This document shows, one piece after another, positions 1-12,790 of a stretch of 64,000 nucleotides of DNA. Under the pieces are notes generated by a model. The model did no database searches and was not told the origin of the DNA. It saw only the letters and a program-made list of their open reading frames with translations. The stretch's first letter is position 1. Each line of letters starts with the position of its first letter. Source of the DNA: Neoconidiobolus thromboides FSU 785 (Eukaryota > Fungi > Entomophthoromycota); the NCBI GenBank assembly GCA_025603075.1, contig MU626349.1, forward strand, positions 1-64,000, read 5' to 3'. The position numbers and the translations under genes are program-made.

Positions 1-274
1 CAACCGATTTGGCTTTAGACCACATACAATCTGGATTATTGTTAAAATCACAGGCTAATGGTCCAAACCATGAATGAATATCACTAGTTCCAGGTCCATA
101 TTGTGCCATATTTTCACAATGAGATTGTGCTACTTTAGTTAGCTTGGGCGAAAAGGGAATTCTACTTAGACCCATCATTTCACGTTCTTCGTTTAATGCA
201 TCTACCAATTGACGAGCAATGTCTTGAGCATTGACGATAGAAAGGGTAAAAAGTAAGAGACTTGAATAACGCAT
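1..274 (-). CDS. Secreted CAP/SCP-domain protein (5' part; 3' end runs off the window)
   Basis: ATG at 274, open to the window edge: MRYSSLLLFTLSIVNA (signal-peptide-like) then QDIARQLVDALNEEREMMGLSRIPFSPKLTKVAQSHCENM...IHSWFGPLAC...CMWSKAKSV. The N-x-x-R...L...A..H pattern is the CAP helix motif. Confidence 0.75.
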   Translation of the reverse strand, partial: MRYSSLLLFTLSIVNAQDIARQLVDALNEEREMMGLSRIPFSPKLTKVAQSHCENMAQYGPGTSDIHSWFGPLACDFNNNPDCMWSKAKSV

Positions 275-2503
275 TGCTTTTATAGTGATTGTTGTACGGT
301 AGTATTGAACTAATTATTTAATACATGGTATATTTTTTACTTTGTTATTTATACTATCATTAATTGTTTATTTTAAATGATGCAATATTATAGATACCCG
401 GTTTTTGATAAATTATTTTCTTATAATACCCAACACTATTCTACTTTAATAAATATATTCTTAAAATTATAGGTTCAAGGTATTCTATTTTTTATGCTAT
501 ATAATATTTTAATAATACATTGAGCTAAAGATGTTTGTGATTATAGTATTTTATAGTTTGGTAAATAAACTTTATAACTTTTAAACTTAGCTAAAAATTT
601 ATTATTTTTGCCAAATTCCGATTTAATAATATTTAATCAACTTATCCCAAATATTAAATTAATTTGAACTAATTATATAAAAGTATGATTTTAGTTCCTT
701 TAAAAACAAATATATTTAGTCATTTACTTCTTTGTATTTTTTAATATACATCCTTTACTTAAGCCTTTATCTAATACAAAAAGTTACAAACACTTTGTTG
801 TTTAAGTATATGCTAAATGTCTTAATGTTCTTATAAATTTAAATTCAAGAATGATACGAAAACTAATTTCTACAGACACCTAGTTCTCTTCCTAAATTTA
901 TAATTTAATAGTGAAGGGTCATATTACATGCGTATTAAATTATTGTTTTATATTTGATTTAAACATTTAATTTTGTTTATGTCCACTAATATATTAAATA
1001 TATACGATAAATAGGTTAAAATTAGATAATGAAATTAAAATAAAACTTTATGATAGTTTATCACAATAGCTGTAACAGATTGTTTTTTGATTTTATAGTT
1101 TTGTCCAATTTAACATTATAGTTTTTTCAACCTCATCGTAATAAGTTAGATTTTCTTTAGGTGGAAGAGTCACAAACAATAATGGAGTGGTAAGTTTATA
1201 TTTACCTATTATATCAATATATTTTAATATAAAAGTTCCGATTTTAAGCATCTTGAGGTTTGAAAAAAAAGAAAAAAAAAAAGGAGATTTTCAAATCTAT
1301 TTGTAAAATATTTAATTTCAATTTGCTTTACAAGTGTACATCTAGTTACACTCTGTTTTTAATGAAAGGATCATTTTTATACCTAGGATATCAACAACAT
1401 ATTCTATCATAAAGATTTATATCTTTAAAATATAAACACAAATTAGCCTGAATATTTGATAAGAATAATACCAACTCAACAATTCATTTGTTAAATTAAG
1501 TACAGAAATCTGTTTTAGATTAGACAGTCTTGAAAAATCATAATCAACTAAATGTAATGAGTTAGAAAAACTCAAAATAGTATTTTTACATATTCTTATA
1601 GACTCTATATTAGTACGTTTATTTTTAGAATCAAAAAATTCCCCAAAGCTATCTAAAAACACCACTTTTTTTAATATTTTAAGTCACCAAAACATTTAAT
1701 GTTAAAATCAAAGCCATGTACACTTATAACTTTTAACTCTGACTTAGAAATGAAATCTATTTCCAAGTTAATTCCTATGTAGTTGATATATCCCCCAGTC
1801 TTTAGCTGCAACACTTGTGTTTTTTAAACCTTGTTTTAATAATATTTAACTCATGAAGATTTAGTAAGTAGTTATCATTTGGATTTAGCTTAGGTGATCT
1901 CAATTTATCTGGGTTTAATTTTTTGATATTGACTTCAATAATCAGGCTGTTTCTGTTAAGTTGAAATACTTCAAGCTAACTCAAATAATTATTAAATAAT
2001 GATAATGAATATATATATCCAGATAATGATATAATTAATTCCCTTAACTCTAGTAATTTCAACTTTAATGTTTTAGTATCACTAAGAAAATACCATTAAT
2101 TAGAGTTTATAGATGTTACATTCAATTGCAAAATCATTTATACTTACATGTTTCACTAATAGCCCTTTTTCTCTTAAAAATACCTTGAATAGTTAAAATA
2201 TTTATCATAGTTACTAATACTATAAGCTAAATAGGTAAAGCTATATTTGATAACTTTGACTACAACTTCAAATCAATACTTATTTAAAAACATAGATTTA
2301 ATAACAAATGGATCCCCATATATTTAAAAATCTGCTCAAGTGAAATTTCGGATAGATACTCAAACTTCAAACTCATTATGGAGTAAAGTCTAAAAAAGAA
2401 AGGGTTCGGTTTATCTTTTTATACTTTTTAAATTCCAATTTGATTAAAATACACTTATCTATTATGACTAAGAACGTAGTTTATAATAAATCATACTTTG
2501 ATA

Positions 2504-2609
2504 TATGGGGATGTATTTTTGTGTTTAAGAATTTTACTAACAAATTTTCTGCTTAAATAGTGCTTAAAAAATGGAAAAAGCAATGAAGTCAAAAAAAACA
2601 CTCCCAATA
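2504..2609 (+). mobile_element. ~104-bp MITE, copy 1 (right TIR degenerate)
   Basis: TATGGGGATGTATTTTTG...AAGAATTTTACTAACAA...AAAAAATGGAAAAA...AAAAAAACACTCCCAATA aligns by eye to 8 other copies. Confidence 0.85.
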
Positions 2610-2864
2610 ATAATTTGAATTTAATTGTAATAATTTAGTCCTAAGCTATTTATTTAACTCAATATTTACTACAAGTAACATTATATTCATATCTATTTGT
2701 GTATATAGCTTTTTGTTAATCAAAAACTAAATACTTTTAACTTATTTCAATAAAGCGTTTTTAAAACCTTTTGTTAATGTTATTTAAGTTTAAGCTCACT
2801 TTGAACTCAAAACTCATTTTTTTAAACCTTATATCAAACGAACATTATAAAAATGACTAACATT

Positions 2865-3545
2865 ACTGTAGGTGATACTTATAGCTCCTGTGATTGATTT
2901 AATTATGGTCGTGCCTACGATTACTGTGGCGTGGCTGTGGAAGATAATAATAATAAAATAAATCTTATTTATTAAATTCAATCATTTTGTAAAAGTGGTA
3001 AGGTTAACCTATTAAGCAAACTTGTCATTTCTCTTTTTATATTACAAAGTGTCGAATTATTAGTTTTTTCCTTTTAGAATTTAAGGATAAAACCACGAAA
3101 ATTATTCCAATTTAAAAACAAATTGCTGTTCATGAGCGTACCCAGTTATGGTTTTTATTATCGCTGGTAGCAGTTACACTCATAGTAATGACTATTTTAG
3201 TCTCAATATTAAGTGTCCAAAGGAATTTTTACCTCTATTTGTGGTGCTGCTATCTTTGGTAAACTTTTTATTGTCCCACTTCATCATAGTTGCTAGGGAA
3301 GTAACTTTGGTGAACTTCACACTGTATAAACTAAGGTAACTAATAATGTAGTTTGATTACTTGTTTATCACCTGCTCCAGATGGTACTAGTATCATTGCT
3401 ATTTCAAACTAAAGAAGATGGATAAACCTGTTAGTACTGCCGATCACTATGACTTCTTCAGTGGTTCTGTTAGAGCTCTTGGTAACTCTGTTAAAGCTAT
3501 CTTTGGTTTTATTGGTAGCAACTACTTATTTTTCACCCTAAATTT
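2865..3545 (+). pseudogene. Possible decayed gene remnant with a CBM18-like (DYCG-x-GC) fragment
   Basis: Locally GC-richer than its flanks with broken frames. GATTACTGTGGCGTGGCTGT at about 2919-2938 reads DYCG-(frameshift)-GC. Confidence 0.25.
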
Positions 3546-4018
3546 CTAGCTTGAAACTAAATTTTCTAAATCTTTATATCGAAAGTTTACTAATCATTTG
3601 TCAAAACATTAAAAGGAATATTAAATCGCTCTGAATATTTAGGAGCCTTAAATTTTGTTTGATAATTTTAGAAACTGATAAAATACACTATAGATATATA
3701 CAAAATAGTCCACTTTCTATGTCGTTTAAGCTTTTCTAATTTTTACTACAAAAAGGACTGTTTTTAAACATTCTTATAATTTTAGCCTTATATTAAAATA
3801 CTTATATTTAATTATTTTGATTCAAATAGTAATAAAATAAATAAGACACATAAATTTAATAAACAATATTTGCTCGTTTGTAAAATTAGTTGATTTATAA
3901 TTATACTTAAACGATATTTATAATAGTCATTTATAGGCTTAATTGTTTAAGTACTTTGTACAAATTTTTCTATCAATGTACTATGTGAAATCAATGACAA
4001 ATAACAAAGAAATTATAA

Positions 4019-4119
4019 TATGGGGATGTATTTTTTGTTTAAGAATTTTGCCAACAACCTTTCCGCTCAAATAGAACTTAAAAAATGGAAAATAATGAAA
4101 CCAAGAAAACATCCCCATA
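4019..4119 (+). mobile_element. ~104-bp MITE, copy 2
   Basis: Intact TIRs TATGGGGATGT...ACATCCCCATA with the shared family core. Confidence 0.9.
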
Positions 4120-5084
4120 TATCATTCAAATCAGCATTAATACCTTTGACTTTATCGTAGTAATCTAGATTTAATTTAAGTATATAAAGTATATTAAGTA
4201 TTATAAATAATAAAAAAGCAGTAAAACTATAGTAAATTTCTATAGTAATTATTTTTTAATTGAGGCTTACTTTAAACCACTATGTAAACTAAAAGCATTC
4301 AATAATTTGTCCTTTGACATGATTAATGTTAAATAAATAAACAAATAGAGTCTATTAGAAGATGAAAATATTTACTTTATAAATAAAAGCACTTTGTATG
4401 TCTTCAGTGTTTATCTAACCACTTTTATATAATTTATACAGCTAAAAAAATAGAAAAACATATTGGTGAGCCTTTTTTCAAGAAGTTGATCTTGGTATAT
4501 TTATCGGTCTTTAAAACTGAAGAATTCACCCTACTTTATGAATAAAAAATATTTTTAATTTCCGCTTATTTCTTAAATTTTAAGCTTCTTATTTTAAATA
4601 GTCACACTAATAGATTGAACTATGAAATTTTACATAACCATCATCAACTAAATATCTGCTTTTTAAAAACAGAACGGTGTATATCAACAAAAATAAAAAA
4701 AAAATAAAAAGCTTCACTCAATGCTGAAACAAAACCTGTGATACCATACAATAACTAGTTATCAAGAATACCGGTTTTTTTCAAAGTCATTTGAATATAT
4801 GATTTTTTTCCAAAATATGTTCAATAAGAATAATAAGGAACAAAATCAATTAAAGCAAACAAAAACTAAAATGATGTCATTTCTACCTTATATCAGTAAA
4901 AAAAGGACCAAATGGTTTCTGATTTGATAGGCATAGAGTGAAAGGTTGCATAAAAATATAAGTTTTGTTATATTTTGATTTGCATAAAAAAGAATAAAAC
5001 TAGCAGTATAGCTAAAAAAATTCTTAAAAAGCATTCATTTTTTTAAGCTTAGACTTTATTTTTTATAACAATTTTGACCAGAGA

Positions 5085-7757
5085 ATGAGTTTTAATAACT
5101 ACCCTCAAGAGAGTACCAATTCTAACTATAATTATATGGGCATGGATACAATGCAATCAAATCGTAACTTTTATGACCCTCATAATAAACATTTTGAAGA
5201 ATTTTTAATTGATTGGGTAAACTATCTTTAAAGAGCCAGAATAGTAAAAGCAAAGACTAATTATAAAATTCAAAATTTGTATAGAAAAAATCCCAACCTG
5301 ATAACTGTTGTATATGTTTAGATAGTTATCCTGGTATTAATAATGACTTAATCTTTTGTGCTTCTCCGAGTTGTGACGTTTGTATTCATCAAGGTAACTA
5401 GTGATATTCTTAATTTATTCATTTAATTAATCATTCACTCAGAATGTTATGGAGTAAAAACATCGCCTGCTTCAGATGAAGCTTGGTATTGTGATCGCTG
5501 TTCAAGTGTTGATGCACTTACTGCGGTAAGTTGATGTTAATTTCTATTTAATAATAACAAATTAATAGTCGAATTTTATACTTAAAAGGCATGCAAATTA
5601 TGTCCAGTAAAAAGAGGAGCATTGAAAAGACTAGTAGATGGTTCTGCTTGGGTTCATGTAGTTTGTGCGCTTTGGTGGCCACAAGTTAAAGTGGATGATA
5701 GTAATGGTTTACAAATTATATCAATTAATGATATACCACCAGAAAGTTTTCAAAAAAGATGCGACCTTTGTGAAAATAGTAATGTAGCTACTGTAGGCGC
5801 TTGCGTTGTAAACTTCATTAGTTCTATATTTTATTATTATAAATTAATTTTAAATTTGTTAGAAATGTGATAAAGCAGGTTGTAATAAAATGTTTCATAT
5901 TACATGTGCTCAAGATTGGGACTTGCTTGTTGAATCCACAGATAATACTAAACTCAGCCCAGGCCAAGAGCCATATTATGTTTATTGTAAAGAACATAGT
6001 CATAATTCAGTACCAAATATGAACGCATGGACCCTTTGGTCACGTAAAAAAGATATCTATTATGAAACTTTATGTCAAAGCAATATGCAATTGGTAGAAT
6101 CCGTTCAAGCCAGAGAAAGGCCATTGAATTTTACTAGAGATAGAAGAAAAAGTATTCAATTTAATGGGTTTACTTTACCCCCTATTACTTCTTTTAATGA
6201 ATTTAATAATCTTATGCTTGAAACTTCTCAACAAGAAAAAAATGGTAATTCTATTGATCCAACTAGTTTAATCACTAAATTTGAAAAGACTTATAATATT
6301 TATAACCAAGGTAATTTTAATAATAAACTAATAATAATAATAGTTAATTGATTATTTATTTTAAAGAACGTAGTGAGTTTATGAAAGCCACAAAACAAGT
6401 ACATTCAAGGCAATTATTTTTAGTCGATAATTTAAACCAAAAAGCATTTTTGTCTGCTCAAAAAGCAAGTAAATTACAAAAAGAACAGCAAGATTTAGAG
6501 CAAGAAAATCGCAATTTACAATTAGAAGTATCTGAGTTAAAGTATGGATTATTAAATTTATGTAGCCTTAAAGGATTAAGAATGATCCAAAAATTAATGG
6601 GACGACCACGACATGGTTTAGAGTTTTATCCACATCAAGATATGATATTAGACTATTTTTTAGAAGTTAGTCAGCAAATTAACCAATTGAATAAGGAAGA
6701 TAAAAATACATTATTACCTAGATCCTGTATCTGTGGCATATGTTCTTATATTGTTGATTTTTCAGTAAGTACTATTGCCTGCTCAGTATGTGGTAGTTGG
6801 TATCATATACCTTGTTTACCATTAAATAATCGTCCAAATGATTGCGCTAGCATTTTTATGTGTCTTCCTTGTCATAATAGTGATTTAAGTAAATCTAACA
6901 ATAACCAAATTCAAGATTCAAAACAATTACAGCTTTCTATTACTCAACCAGATAGTAATAATACTAATTTAAGAGCTAAATCCCATAACTCCGCTTCCCC
7001 TTATATTGGTGCTCAACCAGCCAAGAAAAGGGCTAACGATACTAACAATGTAAGTTTGTTTTTATCTATTAATATTTTAAATGAGCTAATTTTGATTCTT
7101 GTTTTAGTTAAATATACAAAATCAAAAGAATACACGCTTGAATTCCTCAGTTGAACCTAGTGTAGCATCACCAGCTATTTCTAATAAACAAGGTAATATT
7201 CAGTTTAAATTAATTTATAAATTTCAATTTCAAATTTCTTTCATTTTAGATACAAAAGCTACAGAAGATAAACCACCCGCGCCATACCAACAATCTCCTA
7301 GATTCCCTGGTGATGAGTAATATTTTTATAAGAGTACATTATGTAGTTGCTTATTAATTTATTTTTATTTTTATTAGATACACGCCAAGATGGGTAAGAG
7401 GCGTTGGTAAATCTAAAGAAGGGTTGTGTCCTCATTGTAATGATAAAGAAGTTTGGTTAAAAATTAAAATCAGTGCTTATTGGTAAGTAAAACGATATAA
7501 TTAAATAATAACATAATATTAAATAATAATTTTTATATTATTTTAGGTATCATCTTAACTATCAACATGGTATTTCTTCAATTACAGGGAAAAAATTCCG
7601 AGCTCCATTAGAATATCGAATCAATAAAGGTACTGATCAAAAAGAAGCATTGTGTCATAAATGTCTTAATTGGATCAATTCAGAATCACCAAGAAATAAA
7701 CCAGTCAATGTTGAAGAAATTTATTGGTGGAAGCATGCTCAGAAATGTCATCAATAG
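5085..7757 (+). CDS. Multi-exon PHD-zinc knuckle-PHD (PZP; AF10/NTO1/BRPF-like) protein with a coiled coil, an extra PHD and a C-terminal Rua1_C (DUF4451)-like domain
   Basis: Spliced translation: NCCICLDSYPGINNDLIFCASPSCDVCIHQECYG...WYCDRC; CKLCPVKRGALKR...WVHVVCALW; CICGIC...CSVCGSWYHIPC...FMCLPC; FPGDEYTPRWVRGVGKSKEGLCPHC...AYWYHLNYQHGISS...WWKHAQKCHQ*. The GT-AG introns keep the frame. Confidence 0.85.
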
Positions 7758-8351
7758 AATTAATAAGGAAAAGAAATATGATTTTAATTGTTATGAAGAA
7801 AAAGAAAAGAAAGTTATTTTTACAAATGGGGGTTATAAGTGTTGTATTATGAATTATTTTCTATAAAATGATTTGTAATATAATAATTATAAGTGAAAGT
7901 ATATAATAGAGTTTAAGGTACTATTTTTATTCTCAAAGAGAAGTTGGGAAATAAATTTTATTTTATTATTTTATTATTATTATTACTTCACTTTATTAAT
8001 TTAGATTAATAATTAAAACAATATTTAATGTGATTAAATGCGAAATTAAAAAATAAATATTGATTAAATATTAGAATGATTATTTAATATAAAATGAATA
8101 AATTGATTTTATTGATAAATTAAAAATTAATCAAATTGAATATATAAAATAAAGAATAAATTTAAAATATGAATTACAAGTAAAAGTAAAATAATAGTTT
8201 GATATCAATAGAATATTAAGTTTACAAACAAATCAATATTTTAAATCATCAACTTTTCATAACAGAATTTTATTAAGCTTTTTTTTACAATTTTAAACTC
8301 CTATTAAACATAAACATCACCTGTCACCTCCTATTTATTATTATTTATCAA

Positions 8352-9121
8352 ATGAATAAAGATACCTCTTCCACCACCCATCATCCTCAGCCAGACTACG
8401 AATCAGATGATCACCATCGTCATCCTCATTATATCAATTATGACTCTCCCTTTTCACAAGATATAAATTATAATATTCATCATAATACTAATAATAATTA
8501 TTTATTACAAGAAGAATATTATAATCATTTGTATACTCCCAATTATTTATTAGATACATTATATCCAATGGATACATTAAATAATAACAATCAACAACAA
8601 CAAGAGAACAATAATAGAATGGAATATTTTAGTCAATGTCAACAACATAGCTTAAATTTAACTCAAGGTTATGGTAAATATTCAATAAATTAATATATAA
8701 TAAAATAAGGTTGAACTAACTAATTCTCTTCTCTTTTCTCTTCAAATAGAATCACTTACTACTGAGCATTTGGAATTAATGCCAACAATTCATTTACCTG
8801 TAACTTCTAGTTTACCTTATGTTTCTAGTTATAAACCCAAATTATTAGAACCTAAAAAACAATGTAGTAATTGTTTATGTATTGAAACCCCAAGTTGGCG
8901 ACGATGTCCTAAAGGGGAAAGATTATTATGTAATGCTTGTGGGTTATAGTAAGTTAGTTCTATCTTATTACTTATTTAATATATCCATTTATTTAACATA
9001 TTAAATTTTATTAAATTTTAGTGAAAAATTGCATAATATACCAAGACCTACATTTCGAGATCAAAATGGATATGTTAAAGTTAAAAGATCTAGAAAATTT
9101 GGTTCTGAATTAAAACATTGA
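8352..9121 (+). CDS. GATA-type zinc finger transcription factor (C-X2-C-X18-C-X2-C), 3 exons
   Basis: [38 protein letters not shown] followed by a basic tail; low-complexity His/Asn/Gln-rich N-terminus. Confidence 0.88.
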
Positions 9122-9337
9122 TAAAACTAACATATTATTTAGACAAATATAAAAAATAAACAAAAATTCAAAAACATAATATTTAAAAATAAGTTAGCCT
9201 TTTTATTTTTTTGTTAAAAAATGACTAAAGTTTATGAAACTCTTAATTAACATATTAAATTAAATTCTTATTTTTTTTTAATAAAGTTAGTTCAAATACA
9301 ATAAAGAAGAAGATAATTTAATTATATAGTAATAATT

Positions 9338-11775
9338 CTAATTGCTTTCGGACATCTTATTAAGAGCTGAACCAGCCTTAAACCAAGTAATTTGATTATC
9401 ATTGAAAGTTTGGTTGACTTTGATATCAAATTGACTACCATCTTCTCTAGTAACTTTTAAGTTTAATGGTACACCTGGAGTAAAAGATTCTAAACCTTCA
9501 ATAGAAATTCTGTCAGTAGCAGATAATTTATCATAATCAGCTGGATCAGCAAAGGTAAGTGGTAATACACCTTGTTTCTTAAGATTAGTTTCATGGATAC
9601 GAGCGAATGATTTAACAATAACAGCAATACCGCCTAAGTGACGTACCTCAAGAGCAGCATGTTCTCGAGAGGAACCTTCGCCATAATTTTCATCACCAAC
9701 AACTACCCATTGAACACCATCAGCTTTATATTGACGAGCTACATTTGGTACTTGATCCCATTTTTTAGTAAATACATTTTGAATATTATTAGCTTCTCCA
9801 TTAACATAATTGATACCACCAATCAACATATTATTAGAAATATTATCTAAATGACCACGGTATTTTAACCAAGGTCCAGCCATAGAAATATGATCAGTAG
9901 TACATTTACCCTTAACTTTAATTAAGATTGGTAAGTCTTTTGGATTCTTACCATCCCATTTAGCAAATGGAGTAAGTAATTGAAGACGATCTGAAGATGG
10001 GGATACTTGTACTTGTACTGAAGATGAATCAGCTGGTGGAGCTTGATAAGTTTCTTCTCCTGGATTAAATCCTTTTGGTGGAAGTTCATGACCATGAGGA
10101 GATGAAAGTTTGAATTCTTTACCATCAGCACCTTTAAGAGTATCAGTTTCTGGATTGAAACGTAAATCACCAGCAATAGAAAGAGCTGTTACAATTTCTG
10201 GACTAGCAACAAAGGCATGAGTGGCTGGGTTACCATCATTACGTCCAGTAAAGTTACGATTATAAGAAGTAATAATGGAGTTCTTTTCACCTTTTGGTAC
10301 ATCTTGACGATCCCATTGTCCAATACATGGACCACAAGCATTAGCAAGTACAATACCACCAGCATTGGAGAAAGTATCAATTAATCCATCACGCTCAATA
10401 GTAGCACGAACTTGTTCAGATCCTGGAGTAACAGTGTAATTAGATTTAAATTTAAGGCCATGGCTCTTAGCTTCTTCAACAATAGAAGCAGAACGAGTCA
10501 TATCTTCATAAGAAGAATTAGTGCAAGAGCCAATAAGACCTACTTTAAGATCAGCTGGCCAGTTATTAGCTTCAACGGCAGCCTTAAATTTAGAGAGAGG
10601 AGTAGCAAGATCTGGGGTGAATGGACCATTGATATGTGGTTCTAATTCATCAAGGTTGATTTCAATGATTTGATCATAGATAGCACCTTCATCGGCACGT
10701 AAGTTATGAGAGAATTGTTCAGATGATTTAGCAATATAATCACGTTTAGTGGCACGGAGATAATCACCCATACGAGCATTGAATGGGAAAAGAGAAGTAG
10801 TAGCTCCGATTTCAGCACCCATATTACAGATAGTAGCCATACCAGTACATGAAATAGAATCAACACCTGAACCGAAATATTCAACAATAGCACCAGTTCC
10901 ACCTTTAACGGTAAGAATACCAGCTACTTTAAGAATAATATCCTTTGGTGAAGTCCATCCTCTTAATTGACCAGTAAGTTTAACACCAATGACTTTAGGA
11001 CATTTAAGTTCCCATGGAATATCAGCTAATACATCAACACCATCGGCACCTCCAACACCAATAGCAACCATACCAAGACCACCAGCATTTGGAGTATGGG
11101 AATCAGTACCAATCATAAGACCACCTGGGAAAGCATAATTTTCTAATACAATTTGATGAATAATACCAGATCCTGGTTTCCAGAAACCAAGTCCATGCTT
11201 AGCACAAGTAGAAGCTAAGAAATCATAAACTTCCTTATTGATATCTTTAGCACGGGCAAGATCCTTTTCAGAACCAATTTGTGCTTGGATTAAATGATCA
11301 CAATGGACAGTGGATGGGACAGCTACTTTTGGAAGACCAGCAGTCATAAATTGAAGTAAAGCCATTTGAGCAGTAGCATCTTGGAAGGCAACACGATCAG
11401 GTCTAAGTTTAAGATAAGAGGCACCACGGGCAATTTCTTGGTTTTTAGCATCATCTAAATGACCATAAACAATTTTCTCAGCTAAAGTTAATGGTTGGTT
11501 TAATCTAAGTTGCTATTTAACAAAAGTTATAAAAATAAAAAATAAATTCATTACCTTTTTCTAATAATAGCTAAGTTATCTTCAATACGTTGATAATTGA
11601 TAGTTTCAGTTTCAATATTAGACATGCGAACATTTTGAGGGACAGCAGCAATGTTGGCATAGCCTCTTCTAGTTAAATAGCTAGAAGGCAAATACTAATA
11701 CTAAGAGTTAACAAAAAAGAAAAAGAAAACTTTATTAAGATTAATTACCTTAAGTGCACATCTTTTAGCAAGCAT
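9338..11775 (-). CDS. ACO1: Mitochondrial aconitate hydratase (3 exons)
   Basis: [53 protein letters not shown] motifs. The presequence exon MLAKRCALK starts at 11775. Confidence 0.97.
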
Positions 11776-12629
11776 TTTTGACTATCTCAATAACAATAAA
11801 ATTATATGAAAAGTCTTTTATAATTATTATAAATGATAAAGAGAAATCCGATTGTATCTGGTGTTTAAATACTTGTCAAACCCCAAATTTTCATCAAAAT
11901 TGAATTATCATCATACTTGATTTTTATTTGCACAATATGAAACCCTGAACTTATAATTGGCTTAGATTTTTAAGCTTGGACGTTGATTGGTTATTATTTG
12001 ATTTTAGATTTTTTATAGATGAATCTTATCTTTCTTATGATAAACAAACATCTATTCTATCTTTTTATAAATTTCCAGTTTTGAGTCATAAGCAAATCAA
12101 TTAGCTCAAATATAATTTACTTCAAAAATTGATTTGTTCGTAGTTATTTACCCCAAAATTTCAAAAAATGATATCACTAATTAATCCCTAAATATAAATG
12201 GTAATTAACCTAAAAGTTCAATTTTTAAAGGATATATTTGGTGTAATTGCTTTTTAAATGTCCTTATTCAGTTTTTACTAGCATATTATAATAGCAGCAC
12301 AAAAAACGCTATATACTTATTGTACTATATCTATAAGGGCTTAAGACAAAAGCTGATGGTATCCTTTCCCTAAGGTTAATTATTGATGTTATCAATTAAA
12401 CGAAAAAAGTTATTCCGTTTTATGCGCCTTTTTCAATCTGACCTGCAGACATTTATTCATTAATTGAAATTCATTTTTGTTCAATAATAGTGTGGTTCAA
12501 AATTAAATTTAAAAAATCAAAAAATTGAGATTCGTATATTGTATCCGTCATACTTTCTAAACTAATATAAAAAATACTCTCAAGTAACTTAAACTTATAA
12601 TCTTATTTTTATTTTTTAAACTCATTGAC

Positions 12630-12790
12630 AAGTATTTGTCCTCACTACCCATTAACTCAACTACCTCATCTTTATTCGAATATCTATTTCAACAACCAAA
12701 TTTTCACCTCATTAAACCTGCAGACCAATGCTTAAATTGTGTTCCAATTTATTAACCTATACTGGTAACCAAGCTCATTTTTGATTAGTT
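12630..12790 (-). mobile_element. Possible highly degenerate Merlin/IS1595-like transposase fragment
   Basis: Minus strand reads GENLVVEID (12682-12708) then WVV-R-TNTC, resembling the Merlin GxxxVVEIDE...WVFG-ER pattern; interrupted by stops. Confidence 0.25.

Noticed and set aside
1160-1200. Exon-like segment (TTTAG...GGRVTNNNGV...GTAAGT)
   Set aside because: No adjoining exons give an open frame; at most a relic.
9638-10970. Six short ORFs overlapping aconitase on both strands
   Set aside because: They are shadow frames of a conserved CDS and have no independent motifs.
12330-12480. AAGGGCTT resembling the U11 snRNA 5' end with a downstream ATTTTTG
   Set aside because: I could not build the U11 stem-loops, and such short motifs are common in AT-rich DNA.
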